Shown here: piece by piece, positions 29,006 to 42,867 of the stretch
Numbering within the stretch: position 1 is the stretch's first letter
How the letters are laid out: the number at the start of each line of letters is the position of its first letter
NCBI GenBank assembly: GCA_964016885.1
Contig: OZ024740.1
Span: 378,820,001 to 378,884,000, forward strand
Direction of reading: 5' to 3'
Source of the DNA: Eledone cirrhosa
Lineage: Eukaryota
Length of the DNA: 64,000 nucleotides
Made by a program: the position numbers and the translations under genes
The notes under the pieces: model-generated
Told to the model about the DNA's origin: nothing
Databases searched by the model: none
The model's input: only the letters and a program-made list of their open reading frames with translations

Positions 29006-32000
29006 GTATCCCTATCTCTTCTGTGAATCAGGTATTTCATGTTAATCTCCTGTTCTTGGATTGCAAAAGCGTATCCTTCAAAGTGGGAGTCAATATAGCG
29101 GTTGTTGGTCCAAGATAGACTACTTTACTTATCTATATTACTCTCACTCTGGAGCTTCCTGGCAACATATCCATGCATGATTTTTTGCTGATAAGCATGT
29201 AGTTTTTCATCCATGGATTCACTGCGATACTGCTGAGCTATTTCCCAGGGTGTGAGTTTTTGATTATCACACAGGAAATATCTCTCGAGGAGTTCCTTCC
29301 CAACTCTCATGATCTTATCTGTTTCATGCAGATAGGCTTGCTCAAGAAACGGACTCTTACGCTTCGAGGTTCGTAGATGTTGGAGAGATATGATGCGACA
29401 TTCAAATGTTGTCTGGACTGATGTTAGGCCTCTGCCTCCCTGCTTACGTTTCAAGTAAAGGCGGTCTATGTCACTGTTGTTGTGGAAGTTTCCGGTGTTG
29501 TTTAGTATTTTTCGAGTTCCAACATCAACTGCTCGGATTTCGTCTATCGTCCAATCGAGTATTCCAAACGTTGGTGTTAGGACAGGCACAGCAAACATTG
29601 TGAGCCACTGTTTTGTTTTGCGCAGAGAGTTCCGATGACAGATCTTTCTTAATCGGGTGTAGTATTCCCTGGTTACTCGTTATTTTATTACAGATATCAT
29701 TATAGGATATGTTCTCACCTATCCCAGGTATCTGTAGCAGTCCTCATCAGATATCGGTGAAACAGTTAGGCCATTGATGACAATGTTGCTAGATTGGGTT
29801 GTTGTTTTTCCCCGCTTTACAGTCATGTATGAGCATTTATCTTGGCCAAACTCCATTCCTATATCCTTTGAGAACGTTGTAACCAGGTCAAGATTTTTCT
29901 TCATCCCATCCATGTTCTTGGCACAGAGTTTTAGATCGTCCACAAAGAAATTATGGGTTAGGTTCGTATTTCTGTCCTCCTGTGAGCCAATGATGTATCC
30001 CTCACATTTCTTGATCAGAAAGGACTAGGGATTTAATGACAAGATGAATAATATGACAGAGAGACTGTACCCCTGAAATATACCCCTGCAATATTTTATT
30101 TTATCAGTGAAAATAGAGTTCCCCCTCTCTGTCTTTAACCTTAGGATAGTAGCCCAAGAAGAAGACAGCCTCTCTATGGCTCTGACAATAATGTCTGGGA
30201 CTTTAGCAATTTGGAGGGCCTCTATCATCCAAGAGTGGGGAACAGAATCAAAAGCTTTCCTATAGTCCAGCCAGACTGTAGTCATATTCCTCCTAAGTTG
30301 TCACACCTCCGACATCGCAGTTTTGTTGATTAGAAGTTGTTCAGCACATCCCCAAACCCCTTTCTTTCCAGCTGCTTGTTCATCTGTGATGATGTTATTA
30401 TTTTCACAGCGATCTTGGAGGAATAGGTTCAGGCAGGCTGTATACATCTTATACATCAGGTTCTGGCATGCAATGGGTCGGTAGTTTTTTTGCCAAGTGG
30501 GTGTCTTTGTTTTTGGGGACCAGTAATGTTTGTGCTAATGTCAACCATTCTGGTATAAGTGTATCTCCCTTAAGAACTTATTGGTAGAGGTAATTAAGAT
30601 ACCTCCGATAGAATATCAGTTTTTTGTACCAGTAGCCGACATGTCTCTTCCTGGTGTTTTCTTATCTTGAAGTTTTCCTATCACAGTCTCAAGGGTACCC
30701 TCACTTATTTCGTATGTTTTTGTTGTAGTGTAGGAGCAATAGTTCTTTCGGATTTCTCTTAGCCACACTGCATCTTGGTTGAAATTCTTCTTTTCACCCC
30801 ATATTTTGCTCCAAAAGGAATCTATGTCTTTCTGAGATGGGGCCTCAGTGACACTTATTATTTTGTTCTTCATATCTCTATAGACTGATGTTTGGTTTCG
30901 TCTGAATCTTTTATTAAGCACCTTTCTCTCGTTTTTCGCTAACAGCTCTCAATTCTTGTTTGAGGGTGATCAGCTTATATTGAAGAGTTCTGGTTCTACT
31001 GTTACCAAACATCGTCTCTATTTTATTTTTCACTCTTTGTTGGTGAAGAGTGAGGATTTTTGTGTTTGTTTGCATGTAAGGAGCATTGTCACATATCCTA
31101 TGGTTTTTCGTAGGTCAGCAATCTTTTTTTCTATTTTAGTTATATACGATGGTATTTTTGGTGGTGTTCTGTTCTTGTTAATATCTCTGCTATCACCGAG
31201 ATAATGCTTCACTGTCGTTGCTAAGGCATATAAACAGGCGTTGATTTGCCAAAATGTTGGGTTTTTATCCGTCGTAAATATTCATCCCCTATTTCGGCAA
31301 TAACACGTAATATTTTATTATTTTTTTATTTATTATTTTTAAAAAAATTAAACATTGTCCTTTTAACACGTTCAGCAACAGAGATATTTATACATGAGTT
31401 AATTTCTCTCTGGAAGATTTCGTTGAGGGAAATTTTCAATTGTTTATACTTTTGATTATTATCATTATCGATAGTATTTTCCACAACAGTCGAGGTAGAC
31501 TTAGATGGTACACGTGGTGTCAAATTTCTTCGATTATTATTATTATCGATAGTGTTTTCCCCAGCATTCGAGGTAGACTTAGATGGTACAGGTGGTGTTA
31601 AGTTTCTCACAGGCATAGTTGTTTCAAGACGCTGTTCGGCCTGGCTGCTAGGAAGTCTAGTAGCATGGCGACCTGTAGCACGTGTTGTTGATAACATGTT
31701 TGTTGTGGGGGACTTACAATTAATAATATTTATCTTATTTTTACGTTCAACAAACGTCGCTTGTTGGCGTAATTGTTTCGCTGTGAAATAATTTAGCTCT
31801 GGGTGTATTTCGTCCCAGTGTAGCTTCATTCTGTTCATATAGCCAATGGAGGGATTGTTTTTTGCCATTTTATAACAATTAAATAAATCATTATTAAGTT
31901 CGCAACTCAAAGAGAAATGCGATTTATAATTTCGGTTTCTTCTGTAGCTACAACTGAATAAAGTTTGTTTACTTTTCTTGTTGTTTGTCTTCGATACTTC

Positions 32001-32232
32001 CTTAATTTTCTCGTTGATGTTGTGTTCAGCCATGCTGTTTGTAGCAAATCCTTGTAAAATGAATTATGTATTTAATCGGATATCTCTACGAATTCGAATA
32101 AAAGGTGTCTTCAGAAGATATAGTTAGAAGAATAACCAGTTATTCAACATGACTGTAGTTGTGGCATTACTGTCGGAGATAGTATTCATCTTAAATTTAA
32201 TAAATAGTCTCCCACGCCAAAATATGCGACTG
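29006..32232 (-). mobile_element. R4/Dong-like element, 5' end preserved, 3'-truncated
   Basis: ATG at 32033 (..GYMNRMKLHWDE..LRQQA), WLDYRKAFDSVPH, GIFQG.SLS, VDDLKL, YRYLG; the 5' end abuts (TATG)n. Confidence 0.88.
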
Positions 32233-32361
32233 ATCGCCTTGACTGAATAATTTATGTATGTATGTATGTATGTTTGTATGTATGTATGTATGTATGTATG
32301 TATGTATGTATGTATGTATGTATGTATGTATGCATGTATGCATGCATGTATGTATGTATGG

Positions 32362-32655
32362 TAAATATCATCTTGGTTAAGAGAGTGGGACTGGCTTTGT
32401 GCAGTGCCTTTGCTCCCTATAAAAGCTTCACGGCACAGGCATTATTTTATATCTGGAGATCTCTCTGCACTTGTCGTCACATGGTACCATGGGCCCAGCA
32501 CTATGTGTCAATAATTGTCACAAGTGTAGTGTTTGTACCAGAGTTTTCAAGTCGCTGGCTGGACTAAAAAGTCACACTCGTTCAGCGCATCGGTAAGGGT
32601 TCTCCTACATGGATATAAAGTAGTGGCCGTACTCGAAAACGAGTTGGCAGCCACC
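32362..32655 (+). mobile_element. RTE-like LINE 3' end within (TATG)n
   Basis: Terminal C2H2 KCSVCTRVFKSLAGLKSHTRSAHR*, then a hairpin GTGGC..CTCGAAAACGAG..GCCAC and (ATGT)n. Confidence 0.65.
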
Positions 32656-32739
32656 ATGTATGTATGTATGTATGTATGTATGTATGTATGTATGTATGTA
32701 TGTATGTATGTATGTATGTATGTATGCATGTATGTATGT

Positions 32740-34040
32740 TCTTCTGGTTTTATAATTTCACAAATGTTTGCCAATAGAGAGAGAGTCGGTTTCTAACATA
32801 GACACAATACTCTCTCATTGGAATTTACACAACATCAACTAGGTAAATATGTATGTCTGCATGCATGCATGTGTAGATGTGGATGTTATTGTATGTGTGG
32901 ATGTGTATGTTTTGAGTTGTATGTGTGCATGTGTATATGCTTAGTATCTGTACATGTGTACATGCAGTTATTAGATGCAACATTTTTGGAATGTTTTACA
33001 TATTTGTACTGTTCCATTAATGGGCTGTACTTGTAATTTCCTAACTAGTTGTGTTCTTTTTGTTCCTGTGAAGCCTAGCTTCTCAAGATTTGTACTGAGG
33101 CAGTTACTAATATATCCCAGTGCCCCAATAATCACAGGCATAAATCTGAAGGTGTAATCAGGGTGGAGTATCTGCAGATTCCTCATCAGTTCTGCATAAA
33201 TATTCTCCTTTTCGCTAATCTTTGATATTATATTGGCATCTGCTGGGCAGCTAACTTCTACTACTGTGCATGTTTTCTTCTCCCTGTCCCATATCATAAT
33301 ATCTGGTCTGTTATGCCTACATTTTATTGGAGTTTTTTATTGGAACATTCCACCAGTACTCTTTCATATTATGTATATGGTAATCTTCCACATTGCTGTA
33401 GCTTTTAGTGTGTTTATTATCGGGGCTATCCTTTCTACAGATTGCATTGTACAGTGTTTTGGCCACTACATCATGCCTCATAGGTAGATAGTACTGCGAT
33501 GACATCTTTGGACAGCTGCTGATGACATGGGTGACATTTTCGATGTTAATTCTGCAGAGTCTGCACTTGTTATCACATCTAGGTGTTTTGCCTGCATCCC
33601 TATCTCTTTTGTGAATCAGGTATTTCGTGTTAATTTCCTGTTCTTGGATTGCAAACGCGTATACTTCAAATTTGGAGCCAATATAGCGGTTCTTGGTCCA
33701 AGATAGACTACTTTCCTTATCTATATTACTCTCACTCTGGAGCTTCCTGGCAACGTAGCCATGCATGATGTTTTGCTGATAAGCATGCAGTTTTTCATCC
33801 ATGGATTCACTGCGATACTTATGAGCGACTTCACTGGGTGTGGGATTTTGATTATCACACAGGGAATATCTCTCGAGGAGTTCCTTCCCAACTCTCATGA
33901 TCTTATCTGTTTCGTGCAGATAGACTTGCTCGAGAGACGGGCTCCTACGCTTCGAGGTTCGTAGATGTTGTCGGAGGGATATGATGCGAGATTCAAATGT
34001 TGTCTGGACTGAAAGTTAGGCCTCTGTCTTCCTGCTTACG
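32740..34040 (-). mobile_element. 5'-truncated R4/Dong-like 3' fragment flanked by (TATG)n on both sides
   Basis: CRLC..ENVTHVISSC; IWDREKKTCTVVEVSCPAD..KENIY; 3' UTR shared with 16621-16860. Confidence 0.9.
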
Positions 34041-34309
34041 TATGTATGTATGTATGTATGTATGTATGTATGTATGTATGTATGTATGTATGTATGTATG
34101 TATGTATGTATGTATGTATGTATGTATGTATGTATGCATGCGTGTATGTATGTATGTATGTATGTATGTATGTATGTATGTATGTATGTATGTATGTATG
34201 TATGCATGTGTGTGTGTATGTATGTATGTATGTATGTATGTATGCATGCATGCATGCATGCATGTATGTATGTATGTATGTATGTATGTATGTATGTATG
34301 TATGTATGT

Positions 34310-34647
34310 GTGAAGGTACAAGGCTTAGTGGTTAGAGCGTTGGGCTTGCGATTGAGAGGTGATGAGTTCGATTGTTGGACCTGGTGATGCGTTGTATCTT
34401 TGAGGAAGACACTTTATTTCATGGTGTTCCAGTTTACTAAGCTGTAGAAATGAGTTGTGACGGCACTGGTGCCAAGCTGTATTGGCCATTGCCTTTTCCT
34501 TGGATAAGATTAATGGCGTGGAGAGGGGAGACTGGTATACTTGGGCGACTGATCTTCCACAAACAAACCTTGCCCAGGCATGTGCCTCGGAGGGGAACTT
34601 TCTAGATGCAAAATCATGATTATTAGTGACCGACGAGAGCCTTTAAA
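34310..34647 (+). mobile_element. tRNA-derived SINE, second family
   Basis: A/B-box-like head (GGCTTAGTGGTTAG, GAGTTCGATT) and TTGAGGAAGACACTTTATTTC domain. Confidence 0.7.
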
Positions 34648-35416
34648 TGTATGTATGTATGTATGTATGTATGTATGTATGTATGTATGTATGTATGTAT
34701 GTATGCATGTATGTATGTATGTATGTATGCATGTATGTCTCTCTCTCTCTCTCTCTGACACTCCCCCGTCTCCCTCTGTATATAGGCTGTATGTGTGTGA
34801 CGAGGTTTGTATTTGTGAACGTAATTCCATTGACATTGCTTCACTGGGGTTGTCAGGCACACAATCCAAACTACTTATATTTAACCAAATCCTCAATGTG
34901 CATAAGTTATTTTGAGTAAATATTAGCGAGTACCTTTTTCATGTTTAAATACATACAACATTTTTGTATATATTATAGTGAATAGAGAACAAATAGGGGT
35001 CATTTGCAAGCGGATCTTTCGATACCTGCATGTGGCACACTAATTTGTAGTGTAGTAGAGGAAATGAATTCTATAAATGTACTTGCACCACCACACACAC
35101 GTTTCAACAATAATGCCTATGATTTATTACTTCCAAAATATCTTTCAATAAGTTAATTAGAATGTAGCTTACAACTTTCATCATCATGATCCATTAGACC
35201 CCATAACATATCTTCAGTTATGTTATATTCGTGGGCGCAGTAACATCAGTGTTAATACACGCGTTTGCACGAAACTAAGTACGTGTGTGTTTGCCGTGTG
35301 TATGTATACATAACTTTTACACACACACACACAATGTGCATATATTAAAAATATTGCGAGGTTTCACATTAAGGTATTTAATTATATATGTGTGTGTGTT
35401 TTTATAAGTATATATA

Positions 35417-35465
<49 letters not shown>

Positions 35466-35501
35466 TATCTGTGTGTGTATATATATATATGCAAATGTAC
35501 G

Positions 35502-35551
<50 letters not shown>

Positions 35552-35947
35552 TATGTATATATATATATAAACACAGTTTTTACTAAAATAGTCGAACAAG
35601 TTTTTTCAGTCACTAGGGGTTTATAAGCTTAAATAGTTTCACTATGTTGTAGCAGCTTAAAATAAGCTTAACATGCTTTCAACTCTTCGTAAAATCATTG
35701 TTTCAGTTTTTATATTTCCTTGCTGAAAGGCAGGGTTTAGAAATAACAGGTAAATGGTCAATCTTGCTGTGGTATAATGGTAACGCAGTACACTAACATA
35801 CGTCAGATGCGATTTCAATTACCACAAGCTTCTCTTCCCTTCTTTTGCGGTGTATATGTCAAACCTGCGTTGTAACAGCTTACGATAATCTACAATACTT
35901 TTAAACTTCATATCTGCTCAATGTTTCGTCAAATGTTCGCCTCTTTG

Positions 35948-36065
<118 letters not shown>

Positions 36066-36774
36066 TAGTAACACAACAGTTAGTTCACCATACCGGGAAC
36101 AATTGTTTCATCTATATATGTTTCATCTATGTATGTTTTCTGTATGTAACTATATGGATTAACGGAAAAAATGAAATGAAATTTCATTTCCCTCTCTTAG
36201 TACGGCTGTTACTTAAATATTATATAGAGGTGGGGTGCAATATTGTTAATGGTGCATGCATTATTAATGTAGCTTATTGCGTTTAACTGTATTTAGTGTA
36301 GTTTAATATGTACTTATATATGCCTGAGACCAGTTTGTGGATTATGGCGGTTGTATTTGGAGTATCTACGTTTGTATTCTTCCATGCTGAGAGGAGGTGG
36401 AATCTCCTGTGAGGACATCCTTTTGAAAATTTACTTATTGTATTCAGAAATTTCACTCCTTCTCTCTATATATGGCAGCAAATTGGTGAGATAGAATTCT
36501 TTGTAGTATTCGTTCTGGTTCTTTACGCTCTGAGTTCAAATCCCACTGAAATTAACTTTTTTTTTGCCTTAAATCCTTACGAAGTCGATAAAAATCCACC
36601 AGTATAGTACTGTTATCGGTTAATCTTCTATATCTCATTTCCTCTCCACCTATCTCTTTCCTGACTCTGAAAGAAATAAGCCGTATTTAAATCTAGAGAG
36701 GGGATGGACTTCACCAGGTTTCAACAAATTGCCCAAGAAACAACATATGCCACTACGGGTGCGCGCACACACAC

Positions 36775-36894
<120 letters not shown>

Positions 36895-37427
36895 GTAATA
36901 AACCATATACCTTTTTTAATGCATACAACACAGTGTTGACTAAAATCTCTAGACTAATTCTATAGTACATTATCATATTTGTATGATTGTTGTTTTAAAT
37001 CTGAGGGGTTATATATATATATTCACTGTGTGCTAGGATCGAATTTCAGCTCTAATATAATTTCCGTATAAAAAAAAAGAAACTGATGATTGCTTAGCAA
37101 AGGCTATCACACACACACGCATGCACGCATGCACGTGGTTACACACTCACGGATGTGCGTACACACACGCAAACATCACTCAAATTTATACAAAATCTCA
37201 CTCACATGCGTACGCACATTGGTATACTAAGACAAATAGGGTTTCTCAAATTAAAAGCATATTCCATTACAAATTAGATCTCAACTCCAATTTCAAGTAT
37301 TTCCAGTGAGCTATAAATTGAATTCTCAATTCAAATAGAAATTCGTAATTATTAAAGAAACTCACTTCATTTAACTTCTATTTATTCTAAGAGATTTCCT
37401 CTTTTAAAATTCAAGCCTTTCTTTCAT

Positions 37428-37459
<32 letters not shown>

Positions 37460-37493
37460 TGATATTTTTCAATTATTTCCTTAAATGAAAGTA

Positions 37494-37567
<74 letters not shown>

Positions 37568-37768
37568 ACTCACTCAGGTTTTGTTCACCTGTTCACTGTT
37601 AAAATGTCAGCTGCATTTAATCCTCACACACTCCTGCTCCAAGCATATTCGTCATCTGGTTCTAAACAAGTAATAAGGCTTGTTGCTTCTTTAGGTGTTG
37701 TGTAAAGGTCTTTCAACTTCATTAGCTACTTGTTTATGAGTCCACGATCTAAGGAAAGAGTTCTACAT

Positions 37769-38073
37769 CAGAGGTTCTCAAAGTGGGCGTCACCCCCCCA
37801 CCCCCCGCCGGGGGGGGGGTTTAGAGATGATTTAATAGTATATAAAATATTAAATGATACATATATATAAATATAGTAAAATAAAAATATATAATATTTA
37901 TCTATACATAGTATATATTATATTATTTATTATACATAAATTAACGATTTAATTTATTATATATTATTTACAATTTGCGTTCATGCAGATCTCTTTGGAA
38001 ATAGGGTTGGGGGTGCTGAGGGTATTACGTGGCCGTGATGGGGGCGGTAGCCTCAAAAGTTTGAGAACCTCTG
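37769..38073. mobile_element. hAT-type MITE
   Basis: TIRs CAGAGGTTCTCAAA / TTTGAGAACCTCTG; imperfect 8-bp TSD TTCTACAT / CTATACAT. Confidence 0.85.
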
Positions 38074-38211
38074 CTATACATGATAGTTTAGACGGCTAGA
38101 GATAGCAGTCATAGTCATATCTCCTTCAAACACAGCGACGGGGGAGATCTCCCACCCACTTTGGGTGGGTGAGAGATGTCTTCTCTCGTGAAAATAGGTA
38201 TAGCTTTCATT

Positions 38212-38820
38212 GGTGGATTGGCAGTATCGGTAGAGGGTCGGACGTCATGCTTTGACGCATAGAGTTACGGCCCTTTCCATTCTGAGTTCAAATCCCGCCG
38301 AGGTTAACTTTGCCTTTCATCCTTACGGGGTCGATAAAATAAAGTACCAGTAATGTACTGGGTAATTGCTGGCCTTGTGCCAAAAGTAGAAACAATTATG
38401 TAAAATCTCCCCATTTTGCCTCATTTCTCTCCGTTTTGGGGCACTTTTTTCATGGTACTCCCCGTTTGGGCTTTTAGAGTTTAGCAGGTCTGAGTTGTGT
38501 CTCTGAAATTGTGGGAAGACGGAATAGTCATATCATATATGGTTCGAGACTGTGTATGTTTTGCGTTTGAGTAGGAAAATCAAATAAGTATAAATTTAAA
38601 AAAATGGATTTGCAGTATCGGTAAAGCGCTGGACAATATGCTTTACAGCATATAATTACGTCCCTTTACGTTCTGAATTTCAATCTCGCCGAGTTTAGCT
38701 TTGCTTTTTATCCTTACGGGATCGATAAAATAAAGTACCAATAACGCAGTGGGGTCGATTTAATTGATTTTCCACTTCCCCCAAAAATTGTTGGCCTTGT
38801 TCCTAAACCAGAAACCAATA
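38212..38820 (+). mobile_element. Two tRNA/Nin-like SINEs (38212-38398, about 38605-38820)
   Basis: Family consensus match. Confidence 0.85.
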
Positions 38821-39627
38821 TTACATATATCAATACATTCCCTATTTTGTTGGTTAATAGAAAGTAGTGTAAGAGAAATCTGACTGCTAATTCTAGCAGA
38901 TCGGTTGATTTATGTATTCAACATTGGATCATTCTACTATTGCTGTTGTTCCTACTGCATTGTTGTTTTTCATACTACTTTGTTGCAGTTGATGTCACTA
39001 GCGTATATTTCTCGCTATATTTGCTATAATGTTATTGCTATAACTATTGTAGCAGCTGATATGTTTTGTTAATGGTACTACTAGCATTAGGATCACAATT
39101 TCTGTTGTTGTTGTGCATGGTGCATTTGTACTTATCTTATTTTTTTTAGTTGCCATAACTGTAGCTGATAATTTATTTTTCTTGCTGTTTTCTTTTCGCT
39201 TCTTTACCCGCTCTAGGTGACTCAGGCTAAATTACTATCTTATTCTGCTCATCAAAATTTCCATTTGAGTTCTTTTCTTTTATCCACACCACTGAAGGCT
39301 ATGTTATATACACTTCTGACACGTCTTCCTCTTCTTTATTTTTCTGCCAATTTGAAAACAAATGTTGTGTGATCAGGATGGTTAAACAAGAAAATACTTC
39401 CTTCAAATGTAATAAAACGTGGCCGTTGGCTTCTTTACTGTTTTTAAGTTATATAGTTGTAAAAACTCAACTTAAAAATATTCTTATGTTGTAACATTGT
39501 ATCTTAACATAAACGACGATTCTTGAAACAGGCATAATTATAGTAATAGAAGTGCAAATGTTCTTTGATAGAGTGGACTAATTATCAAGTCATTAACATT
39601 GTTCTACATTGGTTTGTTCTAAATATA

Positions 39628-40056
39628 ATTGTTTCTACTTTTGGCACAAGGCCAGCAATTATCCCAGTGCATTACTGGTACTTTATTTTATCGACCCCGT
39701 AAGGATGAAAGGCAAAGTTAACCTCGGCGAGATTTGAACTCAGACTGTAAAGGGACGTAACTATGCTAGAAAGCATGGCGTCCAACCCTCTACCGATACT
39801 GCCAATTCACCGCCCTATATATAATATACACCGTTCTAAATATAATGGTTTCTTATATAGGCACAAGGCCAGGAATTTCGGGGGGAGGAGAAAGTCGATT
39901 AAATCGACCCCAGTTCGTGACTAGTACTTTATTTTATCGACCCCATAAGGATGAAAGGCAAAGTTAACCTCGGCGGGATTTGAGCTCAGATCATAAAGAT
40001 CCGTAACTCTATACTGCAAAGCATGGCGTCAGACCCTCTACCGATACTGCCAATCC
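39628..40056 (-). mobile_element. Two tandem tRNA/Nin-like SINEs
   Basis: Family consensus match; GTTCTAAATATAAT occurs three times around them. Confidence 0.85.
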
Positions 40057-40299
40057 GTTCTAAATATAATAATTACAAGTAAGGCATGATGGGTGGTGTT
40101 GATTTAATAATCAATAGTATTACTTTCGTATAGTTTGTGTTTGTTTTTAAATAAGTAGATGAGTCATCCTCCACCATATGTATACCTCATGTTCACAGTA
40201 ACGGCAAAGAGATGTATTAGGAAACTAAAGCTTATAAAAACATATTTGTGGTAGTTGACATGCAAGTAAATCTATTCCACATGCCATCACCATAAATGA

Positions 40300-40497
40300 A
40301 ACTTAAGGGTCAGTCCACCTCGTGGTCCCAACCGTCAGGACGGAGAAGACATTGTTCCGAAGGATGGTGAGGGAGACACGCTGGAACAGCCACTTCTCCA
40401 CGTGGATCTCGGACTTTCGGGTAGCCACCTCCGCTCTGATAGCAGTGAGTAGGGATGTGGTCCTGGGGCCAAGAACGCTGGAATTCTCCAGCATCAA
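40300..40497 (-). mobile_element. CRE-like 3' fragment
   Basis: LENSSVLGPR..WLFQRVSLTILRNN; homologous to 41957-42490. Confidence 0.7.
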
Positions 40498-41624
40498 TAT
40501 TTCATACATACCTTGCACTGCTGGGTATTCCCGTTAACAGTTGTCAATTGGAGATCACAATAATTTCAGCATATCTTGATAATATCACTCCTTCAAGCAA
40601 CTTTGATGTTACGAAGTGATATATATATTTTATTTTGGCCATTACTGTACTACGCTTTTTTAAAAGAGTAAATACTAGCTTGAAATAAAAGAAAAGTGGA
40701 ATTGTGAAAACTAACATCCATCGGAAGAACATATATTTTAATGGACATTTCATACTTAATTCCTCCGCTGCCTAGTATAAACAGATAACCACCATACGTA
40801 ACCAAAGTAAGTATACCTACACGTAAGGCAATAAACCATATAATATATATATTGATGATTTCAAAATTTGTAATTTGAAGTATAAATAACTGGCTACCCT
40901 ATTATATGCAGTGCACAGATTCAGTTTAGAATTCGAATGCAATTCAGTCCTGAAAATGCACCAAATTTTGTAATAATGTTTGACAAAACTAAAAGTATAA
41001 GACAATTGGGTTAACAACAGATTTACAAATACTTCTGAATCAATAAATCCACCGTTGGTTTTAACGGTCAGCCTTCGGTGGTTCAATAAACAGAACGTCC
41101 AACTCCCCAAAGTAAAGTGTACGAGGCTAAGTATTCCACATACACATGTTACCAGAGTGACAAAGTACATGACAAGGGTGGATCTTTGACATACAGGTAC
41201 AATCCTCTATCTGTTGGTATTCCACAGTTTCAATCTACTCAATTTCATTCCCCAAGTTTAGGTCGAGCGGAGACTGTGGTAAAAAACATTTGCTCATGAT
41301 ACCATACGACTGGATTAAAACCGGGATCTCATGATCGTAAAGTGAACTTCTTAACCACTCAGCCACACAAGGGTCCACTAAAGAACTATACACAGTACAA
41401 CATCCAATTGAAGAAAGAATGTTGAGAATGAATATTGAATCAAATATCAAAATGAGATGTCAATGCTTTCACTGTCCTAGTAATTAATTATAGTTATATG
41501 ATTACCAGTTGGAAAATCAGTGATTTTAGTCTGACTAGATAGTAAAAACAGTAAGTGAATTCAGAATTTAGAAATAGCTACCAATAAGCTAATGTAGAAT
41601 TATTATAAGAACCCTCTGTGTTCA

Positions 41625-42495
41625 GATAACGTGAGGCCGCCTGTGGGACGTGGGACCGGCTGGGACTTAGCCCAGTAGACGTCCCTCCTCCTTCCCATGC
41701 TGATGTCAAGTCCCCCCAACGCACTTGGGATGCCATCCAGTGCAGACTGGCCTCAGACAGGCTCACGCGCCAGCTCGACCAACACCGCCTTGCTTGTTTT
41801 CGTGCGGCCTCCAAACCCCACAGTGGTGCCTGGCTCCATGCTCTGCCCTCCTTCTCCACTAGCACGCAGCTAGACAACCATAGCCTGCGAATCGGCGTTT
41901 CCCTGAGGCTCGGCCTCCGGATCTGCCAGCCACACCAATGTCGCTGCGGTTCCGCCGTGGACTCTTTCGGCCTCCACCTGCTTTCCTGTCGCCACAGTGC
42001 CGGCCGCATTCCACGCCATACTGCCCTCAACGAGGTCATTAAGCATAGCTTGGACGCTGCAGGCTTCCCTTCCCAGCTCGAGCCGGTGGGGATGGATCGA
42101 GGGGACGGCAAAAGGCCAGATGGCATGACCATCTTCCCGTTCCGCGGTGGCAAACCCCTCGTCTGGGATGCCACTTGCACCGACACGTTCTGCAGCCGCA
42201 ACCTGGTGCAGTCTGCGACTGACTCAGGTTCTGCTGCACGTCGGGCTGAGGGGACCAAACTCCTCAAATACCGGTCGCTCTCCGACAGGTTTGCGGTCGT
42301 TCCCCTGGCAGTGGAAACTTCTGGTGTCCTCGGCTCCAGGGCTACCTCCTTACTCAACACCATAGGCGTTGAGCTGGCCAACCGCAGGTGTGAGCCTCGC
42401 GAGTTGGAGTGGCTTTTCCAGCGCGTCTCCCTTGCCGTCCTCCGGGGAAACGCCTTCTCCATTCTGTCCGCCGGGGCTGTGGGTGGGCCCCATCG
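41625..42495 (+). mobile_element. CRE-like RLE non-LTR retrotransposon 3' fragment
   Basis: GAWLHALP, CRCG..HLLSC knuckle, RH..LN, KRPDG..WD.T..D, AE..KLLKY, PLAVETSG.LG. Confidence 0.85.
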
Positions 42496-42867
42496 CGTAC
42501 CAATACATTAGTTAAATACCATTCTTTCATCGATGTTAAATAGTAAAATACCAGTAGCGATTAGAAACAACTAAAAATAATACTTACCTTCCAGAATTGG
42601 TTCTAGTATACCACTCTCATACAAACGGGAATGTATAAACAAACATAAATAATATGATTGTCTGATTCATAAACAGGAAATTAGGCCAGCATTATAATAT
42701 ACCTATAAAAAGAGCTGAAACAAGTACATACCGCAAACTTCTCAAAGAATAACAAAGGGACCGTTTTCTGGGATATATGGGTTCACACAGACAGAAATTA
42801 GACTAAAACACACAGACACAATTGTTTCCCAATCGACTGATCATTTCTAACCCTTCAAGAAAAAAAG

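Noticed and set aside
41578-42462. 294-aa minus-strand ORF, and other antisense ORFs over LINEs
   Set aside because: Shadow ORFs opposite GC-rich retroelement coding sequence.
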